Source: Collinsella sp. (GTDB taxonomy: Bacteria > Actinomycetota > Coriobacteriia > Coriobacteriales > Coriobacteriaceae). Taken from it: a stretch of 64,000 nucleotides of DNA. The stretch spans positions 748 through 64,747 of the forward strand of contig DBEWUK010000050.1 of the NCBI GenBank assembly GCA_048205395.1, given 5' to 3'. Shown piece by piece: positions 43,177 to 51,500 of the stretch. A model generated the notes under the pieces. That model made no database searches. It had not been told where the DNA came from and saw only the letters and a list, made by a program, of their open reading frames with translations. The number at the start of each line of letters is the position of its first letter. Position 1 is the first letter of the stretch. Made by a program: the position numbers and the translations under genes.

Positions 43177-43274
43177 AAACGCCCCTAAGCGAGCAAGGTG
43201 ACGTGAAAGAGGAGGGCATTGACCTTTTGGTCATGCCCGACGATTGAACGTCAGATTGCCGCTTAGGGGCGTTT
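43177..43274. repeat. 15-bp perfect inverted repeat (AAACGCCCCTAAGCG / CGCTTAGGGGCGTTT) with 68-nt loop
   Basis: Read directly. It lies between the convergent pip-like gene and proB. It is preceded at 43151..43163 by TGCCGCAGGTAGA, which shares CCGCAGGTAGA with 36593..36603. Confidence 0.6.
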
Positions 43275-43288
43275 GCAGCGTCAATTGG

Positions 43289-44416
43289 TTATGCGAAGAC
43301 GATTAAATTATCCCTGTGTATCGCGGGCTTCTCGGCCAGGTCTGCCAGCAGGCGGTTGCTGGCGATCTGGTCCTGGCGGCGTCCGGCTGCAAGCTCCAGC
43401 ACGTCCGAATCGGCCTCAGCGATACCGCGGGCGACAACCATGCCGCTCGGGTCGCACACGTCGAGCACATCGCCCTCGGCAAACTCGCCATCGACCTCGC
43501 GAATACCCACCGCAAGCAGGGAAGAGCCGCGGCTGACCAGCGCCTTCGCAGCACCATCATCGACCGTCACCGAGCCATGCGCCTTGTCGCCCAGTGCGAT
43601 CCACAGCTTGCGGGGTGCGATGTCCAGACGCTCCGCCGGCGGATCGAACAGCGTGCCCACGCTCTCGCCGCGGGCGAGGCGCACGAGAGCATCGGGCTCC
43701 TCGCCCGAGCAAATCACGCTCTGAATACCCGCCGTCATCAGGATGCGGCTCGCGCGAATCTTGGTGATCATGCCGCCCGTGCCCACCGATGTGGAAGAAT
43801 CGCCCGCCGAGGCGATAATCTTGGCATCAATCTTATGCACGACCGGGACGAACTCGGCCGTGAGGTCCTCATGCGGATTGGCAGTATAGAGACCATCGAT
43901 GTCCGAGAGCGTCACGCACAGATCGGCAGAAACCAGGCAGCTCACAAGCGCCGCCAGCGTGTCGTTGTCACCGAACTTGATCTCATCAACGGTAACGGTA
44001 TCGTTCTCGTTGACGACCGGCACCACGCCAAGCTCCACGAGGCGCAGCAGGGCGTCGCGCGCGTGCAGGTAAGACGTGCGGCGGGCCGTATCGTGGCGCG
44101 TGAGCAGCACGAGCGAGGTGAGCAGGTCGCGCGCATGGAACTCCTCGTCGTAGGCCGACGAGATGATGCACTGACCGGCCGAGGCGCAAGCCTGCAAGCT
44201 CGGAAGGTCGCCGACCGGCTTGCGGTCGAAGCCCAGCACGGGATAGCCGCACGCAATGGCGCCCGAGCTCACCACGACCAGACGCCAGCCGAGCTTGCGC
44301 AGCGCTGCGGCCTGATCGGCAAGCCCGCCGATAAAGGCGCGGTTGACCTTGCCATCGGCGCCCACCACCGTGGACGAACCAATCTTTACCACCATCGTTT
44401 TATAAGAAGTCGTCAT
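43289..44416 (-). CDS. proB: glutamate 5-kinase (with PUA domain)
   Basis: 375 aa. Motifs: VVKIGSSTV, VVSSGAIA, FGDNDTLAALV, and a C-terminal PUA domain (GSVTVDDGAAKAL...GIAEADS). Confidence 0.9.
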   Translation of the reverse strand: MTTSYKTMVVKIGSSTVVGADGKVNRAFIGGLADQAAALRKLGWRLVVVSSGAIACGYPVLGFDRKPVGDLPSLQACASAGQCIISSAYDEEFHARDLLTSLVLLTRHDTARRTSYLHARDALLRLVELGVVPVVNENDTVTVDEIKFGDNDTLAALVSCLVSADLCVTLSDIDGLYTANPHEDLTAEFVPVVHKIDAKIIASAGDSSTSVGTGGMITKIRASRILMTAGIQSVICSGEEPDALVRLARGESVGTLFDPPAERLDIAPRKLWIALGDKAHGSVTVDDGAAKALVSRGSSLLAVGIREVDGEFAEGDVLDVCDPSGMVVARGIAEADSDVLELAAGRRQDQIASNRLLADLAEKPAIHRDNLIVFA

Positions 44417-44495
44417 ACGTCAAACCAATCAACTGTTCAGCGAGCGGCCGAGCTGGCGGCCAAGGGAGCGTGACTCGCCCCTACCGCCCAAGGAA

Positions 44496-46001
44496 TTAGT
44501 GAGCCCAGGGAAAGGCAGAGGCCGCGGCCATGTTCTTGCGCACGAGCTCGTCGCGCACCTGAGCCAGGCCCTGCTCCATGCCCACCACATAGGTCTGCGG
44601 GTACAGGAAGCGCTTGAAAGCTGCATCCAGATGATCGAGCGCCCAAGCACAGCGCTCGCGCGCGTCCTGGATGCTCTCACGCGGAGCCACCGCACTGCCA
44701 TCGCGCACGATCGGCACCAGCAGCTCGCGATACTCAAGTTCGGACACGTCGGTCACCAGGGCGGCATCGTTCACGGCCACGAGGGTATTGCCGCGCGCGG
44801 CGCCCTCCCCCGCCAGATGGTCCTCGTCGTAGATCATGTCGCAGACCGGGCCGCCAAAGCCGTCGTAATAACGGCGCACGCGTTGCACACCCGGGATCGT
44901 GCGCTTGTAGGGCTGCTCGGAGAGCTTGACCACCGGCGTCCATGGATCTGCCTCGCTCGCACGGCGGGCGGAAAGCTTGTACACGCCGCCCAGCGCCGGC
45001 TGGTCGTAGCAGGTCGCGAGCTTGGTGCCCACACCAAAGCTATCGATGGGCGCGCCCTGGTCGATCAGTGACTGAATCGTATACTCGTCAAGATCGTTGG
45101 AAACCGAGATCCCCACATAGGGCAGGCCCTCGGCATCAAAACGGCCGCGCACATACTTGGAGAGCTTGGCGAGATCGCCGGAGTCAATGCGAATGGCCGA
45201 CAGGCGCTCGCCCACCGCTTCCATCTCCTTGGCAACCGTAATGGCATGTTCGCAGCCCTCGCGCACGTCATAGGTATCGATGAGCAGCGTGCAGTTCTTG
45301 GGGCTCGATTTGGCAAAGGCACGGAAGGCCTCGAGCTCGGAATCGAAGCTCATCACCCAGCTGTGCGCATGCGTGCCAAAGACGGGAATACCGTAGCGGC
45401 GGCCGGCGAGCACATTGGACGTAGAGGAGCAGCCGGCAACGTAGCTCGCGCGCGCGACGGCCAGGCCACCATCGGGACCCTGGGCTCGGCGCAGGCCAAA
45501 CTCCGCCACGGGGCGACCGTCGGCGGCGAGCACCACGCGCGCCGTCTTGGTGGCGACGAGCGTCTGGAACCCGACGATGTTGAGCAGCGCTGTCTCGAGC
45601 AGCTGGCACTCCAGCGCGGGGCCGGTGACGCGCACCATGGGCTCGCGCGGAAAGACGAGCTCGCCCTCGGGCACGGCGTCGATGTTTACATGCGCACGAA
45701 AATCGCGCAGGTAGTCGAGGAATCCAGGCTTGAACATCGCGCCGCCGGCAGGGGCCTGGAGCGAGGCGAGGTAGTCGATATCCTCGGCCGTAAAGCGAAG
45801 GTTCTCGACCAGCTCGGGCAGTTCGGCGGTGCCGCACATGACGGCATAGGCGCTGCCAAAGGGATGGTCGCGGTAAAACGCGGTAAAACAACCCTGTTCA
45901 TTGGCCTTGCCGCTCTCCCACAGGCCCTGGGCCATAGTGAGCTCGTACAGATCGGTGAGCATTGCAATGTCGGTGGGATGAGAGATGTCGGTCAAAGCCA
46001 T
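44496..46001 (-). CDS. pncB: nicotinate phosphoribosyltransferase
   Basis: Within ORF 44496..46058, starting at ATG 46001. Motifs: MLTDLYELTMAQG, FGLRRAQGPDG, GTHAHSWVMSF, IRIDSGDL. Confidence 0.85.
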   Translation of the reverse strand: MALTDISHPTDIAMLTDLYELTMAQGLWESGKANEQGCFTAFYRDHPFGSAYAVMCGTAELPELVENLRFTAEDIDYLASLQAPAGGAMFKPGFLDYLRDFRAHVNIDAVPEGELVFPREPMVRVTGPALECQLLETALLNIVGFQTLVATKTARVVLAADGRPVAEFGLRRAQGPDGGLAVARASYVAGCSSTSNVLAGRRYGIPVFGTHAHSWVMSFDSELEAFRAFAKSSPKNCTLLIDTYDVREGCEHAITVAKEMEAVGERLSAIRIDSGDLAKLSKYVRGRFDAEGLPYVGISVSNDLDEYTIQSLIDQGAPIDSFGVGTKLATCYDQPALGGVYKLSARRASEADPWTPVVKLSEQPYKRTIPGVQRVRRYYDGFGGPVCDMIYDEDHLAGEGAARGNTLVAVNDAALVTDVSELEYRELLVPIVRDGSAVAPRESIQDARERCAWALDHLDAAFKRFLYPQTYVVGMEQGLAQVRDELVRKNMAAASAFPWAH

Positions 46002-46085
46002 GGGGCGACCTTTCGAATGTGTGGTGCAGAATTTGAAGGTTGGACGAGAGCAGAGCATGCGGACATGACGCCCGATGCAAATCGG

Positions 46086-46544
46086 TTAGAGCAGGCCCAT
46101 GCTGGTCAGGATCGTGTAGCCCATAAAGATGACAAACGCGATGAGGGCAAGGACAATGATGATTTTTTGAGCCGGCGCCATGCCAGGGATCTCGTTCTCG
46201 CCCGTAGGCTCCTTGGAGGTAACCATGCGCTGGGCAAAGGTCATCTCGTCACGGCTCGGCTTGGGCTCGACGGACTTGGGACGAGCGGCCTTTTTAGGCT
46301 GAGGTTTGGGCGCGGCAGGTGCAGGCTTCGCAGCAGCGGGCTTGGGTGCGGGCGCGGGCGCCGATGCGGATGCGGCGTTCGTGGCGGCCTCCTCGGCCTT
46401 CGTGCGCTCGGCACGCAGGGCAGCCAGCTCCTCACGCTCGCGACGGGCCTCTTCCCGAGCCTCGCGGCGGGCCTTCTCAGCGCGGAGCTCTTCCAACTCG
46501 GCGCGCTCCTCGTCGGACAATGGTTGGGACTCAAGCTCGGCCAT
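46086..46544 (-). CDS. hypothetical tail-anchored coiled-coil protein
   Basis: The start is ATG 46544, after GAAAGGG. An E/R/A-rich helix and a P/A/K-rich linker are followed by a single C-terminal TM segment (IIIVLALIAFVIFMGYTILT). Confidence 0.5.
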   Translation of the reverse strand: MAELESQPLSDEERAELEELRAEKARREAREEARREREELAALRAERTKAEEAATNAASASAPAPAPKPAAAKPAPAAPKPQPKKAARPKSVEPKPSRDEMTFAQRMVTSKEPTGENEIPGMAPAQKIIIVLALIAFVIFMGYTILTSMGLL

Positions 46545-46608
46545 GGTATAGCCCTTTCTTTTAAAAAAAGCCGCCGACACAATGTCAGCGGCTTATCAAA
46601 TCCAAGGG

Positions 46609-46681
46609 TGGAGACGAAGGGAGTCGAACCCTCGGCCTCTGCCATGCGACGGCAGCGCTCTCCCAACTGAGCTACGTCCCC
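46609..46681 (-). tRNA. tRNA-Ala (anticodon CGC)
   Basis: Hand-folded, 73 nt. Acceptor GGGGACG/CGTCTCC with the G3:U70 Ala identity pair, anticodon stem-loop CTGCC-GTCGCAT-GGCAG, T loop TTCGACT. CCA is not encoded. Confidence 0.9.
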
Positions 46682-46788
46682 AAGACAAGTCGATATTTTA
46701 CCTACGGCTCGCCAACTGTCAACGCCCAATAACCAGTCTTTTTGGAGCGCGGCTATTTTGACAACTTTTCGAACAGGCGATCCTCTCG

Positions 46789-46820
46789 ATGATTATTTAA
46801 TCCCCGTCCCAGAAAAATCA
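46789..46820. repeat. 32-nt dispersed repeat ATGATTATTTAATCCCCGTCCCAGA(A/G)AAATCA, copy 1
   Basis: 31/32 identical to 57890..57921. It lies just 3' of the radical SAM gene. Confidence 0.8.
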
Positions 46821-46832
46821 TCGACGAACGTA

Positions 46833-47786
46833 CTACTTTGCGCTGGTGAGGACGCCGGTGGTGTCGAATGCTGGGGTGAAGCTCTCGTCCACCGCACCGC
46901 CCTCTTGCCAGAACATCGTCGTAAAGCCCAGGTCGTCGGCATGGTCGAGCACCCGCTCGTACTCCTCGCGCGTCACGGCACGCGCCAGGTCGCCGCCCTG
47001 CTCGCGCATGAGGGCATTGGGCGTGTACTGGTTCATGACCGAGATCGGCACGTCGCCCACCGTCTGCCACACCAGGTCTAACACGCGGCACGAGTCATCC
47101 GCATGCCCCGGCAGTACCAAGTGGCGCACGATGATGCCGCGCTTCATGAGCCCGTCGTCGTCCACCAGCTCTCCCCCGCGGCGCTCAATCTCTCGCGCCA
47201 TCTGCGCCAGGCCCGAAACGGCCACGCGCGGGTAGTCCTTAATATGTGAGAGCGACTGCGCAAGCCCTGCGTCGGCATATTTAAAGTCGGTAAGCCATAC
47301 GTCGACCAAATCGCCCAGCGCCGCCACGGCACTCGCGCGCTCGTAACCGCTCGTGTTGTAGACGATCGGGATGACCAGCCCGCGCGTCCGTGCCGCGGCA
47401 ATCGCGGCAGGCAACAGGTGTGCATAGTGCGTCGCCGTCACCAAATTGATGTTGTTGGCACCCTGGTCCTGCAGTTCCAGCATAATCTCGACCAGGCGCT
47501 CAGGCGAAATCTCAAGGCCAAAATTGCCGGTCGAGATCTCGTGGTTCTGGCAGTAGATACATTTAAGCGAGCAACCGCTAAAGAAGATCGTGCCCGAACC
47601 GGCCTCGCCCGAGATAGGCGGCTCCTCCCACATATGAAGCGCCGCGCGGGCCACCCTGATCGTATCGTTAGCACCGCATACGCCGCGCGCGCCCTCATCG
47701 CGCGCCGCACCGCAACGGCGCGGACACAAATGGCAGGCGGGCGAAAAAAGTTCGGTCAACGACGTCGGCATAAAAACATGCTCCAA
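46833..47786 (-). CDS. radical SAM protein (PflX-like, pyruvate formate-lyase-activase homolog)
   Basis: 317 aa. It has an N-terminal Cys cluster CHLCPRRCGAARDEGARGVCG and the radical SAM motif FFSGCSLKCIYCQN. Confidence 0.8.
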   Translation of the reverse strand: MEHVFMPTSLTELFSPACHLCPRRCGAARDEGARGVCGANDTIRVARAALHMWEEPPISGEAGSGTIFFSGCSLKCIYCQNHEISTGNFGLEISPERLVEIMLELQDQGANNINLVTATHYAHLLPAAIAAARTRGLVIPIVYNTSGYERASAVAALGDLVDVWLTDFKYADAGLAQSLSHIKDYPRVAVSGLAQMAREIERRGGELVDDDGLMKRGIIVRHLVLPGHADDSCRVLDLVWQTVGDVPISVMNQYTPNALMREQGGDLARAVTREEYERVLDHADDLGFTTMFWQEGGAVDESFTPAFDTTGVLTSAK

Positions 47787-47899
47787 AACAACGATTCAGC
47801 AGCTCAAACGTAAAGGGCCAGACCGCGTAGACGGCTCCGTCCCTAAGGCGCCGTAATCGTCCGACACGATTTTTGTAATGTCAAGACTGGAATCGATAA

Positions 47900-48066
47900 A
47901 GTGCCGCTTTATGATGTAGGTATTCCGCCCCCCGCGGAGCAACTGGGTGAACCGTCGCGTTTATTTAGGGAGCCCACACAGTCGTGCCTAGTACAGGTAT
48001 CCTTCGTTGTTAAGGACGCTGGAACAGTCGATGAGGGCACCCACCTGTTTTAGGTGGGTTCATTTT
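47900..48066 (+). promoter_or_regulatory. candidate structured 5' leader ending in an intrinsic terminator (possible riboswitch/attenuator) upstream of the GT4 gene
   Basis: The terminator is ACCCACCT-GTTTT-AGGTGGGT followed by TCATTTT (48039..48066). Upstream motifs GGGUGAACC (47945..47953) and ACAGUCGUGCCUAGUACAGG (47978..47997) loosely recall the ydaO/c-di-AMP class. This is unverified. Confidence 0.3.
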
Positions 48067-48279
48067 CGTAACGTGGGGGGTGGTTTTCTTTTGCCGAAAA
48101 TCGCCATTACAGTCCATATGGATCCCCGCCGGCATCCCGACAAGCCATCGACAACATCCCAATATCTGGTAAGCGCGTGATTATCGCTGCGTGCAATTAC
48201 ATGCACCCCCCTTGGTCGAGTATTATGGTTCGGCTATGCCCTTTGCGCATGGCGTTCTTCTGACCTTTTCCTTCGACGC

Positions 48280-49497
48280 TTGGCGGTTTTTAGATTCATG
48301 GCTTCATCCCCGAGCTACATACCGTACCTATGCGTGGCAGCGGCGGCCTTTATCACGACCTTCCTCGCGGTGCCCCTGGTCAAGCGCTTGGCAATTAAAC
48401 TCGATGCCGTCGACTATCCTTCTAAGCGCCGCATCAACACCAAGCCCATCCCGCGTTTGGGCGGAACGGCGGTGTTTTTGGGCCTGGTAGTTGCCTGCAT
48501 TGTGCAAATCCTAGGCACCTGGCACCTAGGCTGGCCACCCGTCCTGGTGCCGCACCCGCGCCTTCACATTAGCTATCCCATGCTGGCGCTCTCCTTTACC
48601 GTCATCTTTGCGACCGGCGCTATCGACGACGTCTTCCAGCTCAAGCCCAAGCAAAAGCTGGCCGGACAGGTCCTCGCCGCGCTCATCGCCTGTATCGGCG
48701 GCCTGCGGATCGGCGTCATCGTCAACCCGTTTGCCCCCGGCGAAATCATGCTCGGGTGGCTCGCCTACCCCATCACCGTAATCTATCTGGTGGCATTCAC
48801 CAACATCATTAACCTCATCGACGGCCTCGACGGCTTGGCCACGGGCATCTGCGGCATCGCCTCGTTCACCATGTTTTCGATGGCCGTTCTCTCGGGCCGC
48901 ATCGACGCCGCCGCGCTCTCCATTGCGCTCTTTGGCGCCTGTCTGGCCTTTTTGCGCTACAACTTCAACCCCGCAAGCATCTTCTTGGGCGACTCGGGGT
49001 CACTGCTTCTGGGCTTTGCACTGGGCTCCATCTCGCTGCTCAACGTGAGCCGCACCGCCGCGCTCACCTCGCTTATCATCCCGCTCATCGTTGCCGGCGT
49101 GCCCATCATCGACACGTTTAGCGCCATCGTGCGCCGCAGGCGCGCCCACATTAGCATTGGGCAGGCCGACAAGGGCCACATCCACCACCGCCTGATCCAA
49201 GAAGGCTACAACCAAAAACAGGCCGTGCTGCTCATCTATGCCTGGTGCATCATGCTTTCGGCCGGCGCCGCCGCGATTAACCAGGTCGAGGTGCCCATGC
49301 GTGTGCTCATCTTTACCGTGCTCGCCATTGGCTCGGCGGCCTTTGCCAAGCATCTACATCTGTTTGAGCCCGTGCTGCGCCACCATTACAACAAGCGCAC
49401 GCACGAGGACGAGCTCGTCACCCCCGACGACCCCGCCTTTAAGCAGGAGGAGCAGGCAGCCGAGGAGCGCAAAGAAGAGCGCCGCCACAAGCTCTAG
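48280..49497 (+). CDS. glycosyltransferase family 4, undecaprenyl-phosphate HexNAc-1-phosphate transferase (WecA/TagO-like)
   Basis: 405 aa, polytopic. Motifs: KPIPRLGGTAVFLG, GAIDDVFQLKP, NIINLIDGLDGLA, FLGDSGSLLLGF. The start is uncertain (TTG 48280 or ATG 48298). Confidence 0.85.
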   Translation: MAVFRFMASSPSYIPYLCVAAAAFITTFLAVPLVKRLAIKLDAVDYPSKRRINTKPIPRLGGTAVFLGLVVACIVQILGTWHLGWPPVLVPHPRLHISYPMLALSFTVIFATGAIDDVFQLKPKQKLAGQVLAALIACIGGLRIGVIVNPFAPGEIMLGWLAYPITVIYLVAFTNIINLIDGLDGLATGICGIASFTMFSMAVLSGRIDAAALSIALFGACLAFLRYNFNPASIFLGDSGSLLLGFALGSISLLNVSRTAALTSLIIPLIVAGVPIIDTFSAIVRRRRAHISIGQADKGHIHHRLIQEGYNQKQAVLLIYAWCIMLSAGAAAINQVEVPMRVLIFTVLAIGSAAFAKHLHLFEPVLRHHYNKRTHEDELVTPDDPAFKQEEQAAEERKEERRHKL

Positions 49498-49667
49498 GGC
49501 AAGCTGCCGAGGATGTGCCCAGGCGCCGCTGGCCAAGCTCAGCCGCGCCGCACCCATCGCACATGCCGCACCACGCGCGTCCCTCTCCCGCCCCTCGCCT
49601 ACTTACGCACCACCCCTCCAATAAACGCGTTATCATCTTGACCCATGAACATACGTTAGGAGCAATC

Positions 49668-50717
49668 ATGCCAAACGAGAACAGCTACGAAGTCGCGCTG
49701 CAAAAGAGCAACGCCATTCGCGAGGGCCTGGCCAAGACGCCCGAGAAGTTCACCATGCTCACCGGCGACCGCCCCACCGGCCGTCTGCACCTGGGCCACT
49801 ACTTCGGCACCCTCAAGGGCCGTGTTGAGCTGCAGAACATGGGCGCAAAGACCAACGTGCTCATCGCCGACTATCAGGTCATCACCGACCGCGACACCAC
49901 CGAGCACATCCAGGACAACGTGTACAACATGGTCATGGACTACCTTGCCTGCGGCATTGACCCCGACAAGACCATGATCTACGCGCACTCCGCCGTGCCC
50001 GCCGCCAACCAGCTCATGCTGCCGTTCCTGTCGCTGGTGTCCGAGGCCGAACTGGCGCGCAACCCCACGGTAAAGGCCGAGATGGAGGCCTCGGGCCACG
50101 AGCTCACCGGTCTTCTGCTCACCTACCCGGTACATCAGGCCTGCGACATCCTGTTCTGCAAGGGCAACGTGGTGCCCGTCGGTCGCGACCAGCTGCCGCA
50201 CATCGAGCTTACCCGCACCATCGCTCGCCGCTTTAACAATCGCTACGGCAAGGTGTTCCCCGAGGTCGACGCGTTGCTGTCCGAGACCCCGCTGCTGCCG
50301 GGCCTGGACGGTCGCAAGATGAGCAAGAGCTACGGCAACGCCATCAACATCTCGATGACCGCCGAGGAGACGGCCAAGCGCATCAAGAAGAGCCAGACTG
50401 ACTCCGAGCGCATGATCACGTTCGATCCCGAGAACCGCCCCGGCGTGTCTGGCCTGCTTTCGACAGCCGCCATCTGCACCGGCCGATCCGAGGTCGAGAT
50501 TGCCGAGGAGATTGGCATGGGCGGCTCCGGCCAGCTCAAGAAGTACGTGACCGAGGCCGTCAACGAGTACTTCGCACCTATCCGCGAGCGTCGCCAGCGC
50601 TACGAGAACGATCTGGATTACGTGAAGGACGTGCTGCACGAGGGCAACCGTCGCGCCAACGAGATCGCCGAGCAGACCCTGGCAGAGGTTCAGGACGCCA
50701 TGGGTATGGTGTACTAG
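49668..50717 (+). CDS. trpS: tryptophan--tRNA ligase
   Basis: Within ORF 49515..50717. The start is ATG 49668, after TAGGAG. Motifs: TGDRPTGRLHLGHY (HIGH) and KMSKSYGN (KMSKS). Confidence 0.9.
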   Translation: MPNENSYEVALQKSNAIREGLAKTPEKFTMLTGDRPTGRLHLGHYFGTLKGRVELQNMGAKTNVLIADYQVITDRDTTEHIQDNVYNMVMDYLACGIDPDKTMIYAHSAVPAANQLMLPFLSLVSEAELARNPTVKAEMEASGHELTGLLLTYPVHQACDILFCKGNVVPVGRDQLPHIELTRTIARRFNNRYGKVFPEVDALLSETPLLPGLDGRKMSKSYGNAINISMTAEETAKRIKKSQTDSERMITFDPENRPGVSGLLSTAAICTGRSEVEIAEEIGMGGSGQLKKYVTEAVNEYFAPIRERRQRYENDLDYVKDVLHEGNRRANEIAEQTLAEVQDAMGMVY

Positions 50718-50752
50718 ACCGATCTGCTGGCTTGAGCTTTCGATTGCTATAG

Positions 50753-50780
50753 GGCGGGCGCTACGGCGTCCGCCTTTTTT
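50753..50780 (+). terminator. intrinsic terminator after trpS
   Basis: GGCGGGCGC-TACG-GCGTCCGCC followed by TTTTTT. Confidence 0.7.
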
Positions 50781-50827
50781 GGAGCCGGACCGCTTCGGCT
50801 CCGTCCATCGCACTCCCCCGACAAACA

Positions 50828-50869
50828 GGAACAGGCCCGCTGGCAGATAGTTGCCAGCGGGCCTGTTCC
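50828..50869. repeat. 18-bp perfect palindromic hairpin (GGAACAGGCCCGCTGGCA-GATAGT-TGCCAGCGGGCCTGTTCC)
   Basis: Read directly. It is intergenic and has no flanking T-tract. Confidence 0.7.
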
Positions 50870-51044
50870 CGAAGTACACCGTTGAATCGCACAGAGGGGA
50901 GGGATGCGAATCAAACTCAACAGGGCAGGCTTTTTCATCGCCTATTGCCTGCTCCGTTGCTGAATATAATATAGTTCACCGTGGTTTACTTTGTAGCAAC
51001 AATATGCGCCGCCACACCTTCTCCATAAGTTAGCTCCGGTAAAC

Positions 51045-51085
51045 TAAAACCACCACGAAGGGGACAGGCACCTTTGTGGTGGTTT
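51045..51085 (+). repeat. conserved terminator-like hairpin, copy 3
   Basis: AAAACCACCACGAAGGGGACAGGCACCTTTGTGGTGGTTTT, lying 15 nt beyond the MGMT gene stop. Confidence 0.85.
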
Positions 51086-51100
51086 TGACGAAGCCCGCCA

Positions 51101-51421
51101 CTACAGCCCGGCCGGCCAACGACAGGCGGCCAGATCAACATGCATGGGATCGGCAAACGTCACGCCCTCCCCCATTAAGAGCTCGCGCTGAGCATCGGGG
51201 CCACCAAAGGCAAAGCCCTCACAGATACGGCCGTCGGCAAACACCACGCGATGGCAGGGAATCTGGCCGGGGCGCGGATTGCTGTGCAGCGCGTAGCCCA
51301 CATACCGCGCACTTCGTGGACGACCGGCAAGCAGTGCCACCTGACCGTAAGTGGCGACCATCCCCTCGGGGATCTGCTCGACCACCTCGTACACCCGTTC
51401 AAAAAAGCCCTCAGACGCCAT
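51101..51421 (-). CDS. MGMT-family protein (single DNA-binding/active-site domain, PCHR present)
   Basis: 106 aa. Motifs: VPEGMVATYGQVALLAG and IPCHRVV (active-site Cys motif). Confidence 0.8.
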   Translation of the reverse strand: MASEGFFERVYEVVEQIPEGMVATYGQVALLAGRPRSARYVGYALHSNPRPGQIPCHRVVFADGRICEGFAFGGPDAQRELLMGEGVTFADPMHVDLAACRWPAGL

Positions 51422-51448
51422 TGCTCGCTCCCTTCCACCCGGAAAGCA

Positions 51449-51489
51449 TAAACCACCACAAAGGTGTCTGTCCCCTATGTGGTGGTTTA
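51449..51489 (-). repeat. conserved terminator-like hairpin, copy 4 (inverted orientation, one stem mismatch)
   Basis: The plus strand reads AAACCACCACAAAGGTGTCTGTCCCCTATGTGGTGGTTTA. It lies 12 nt beyond the degV stop. Confidence 0.8.
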
Positions 51490-51500
51490 TGGCAGGTCGG

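Noticed and set aside
49500-49667. T-box leader upstream of trpS (and likewise upstream of argS, 38656..38997)
   Set aside because: I could not find the conserved T-box sequence (AATTAGGGTGGTACCGCG-like), a specifier-loop layout or a terminator/antiterminator pair. The regions look like plain promoters.
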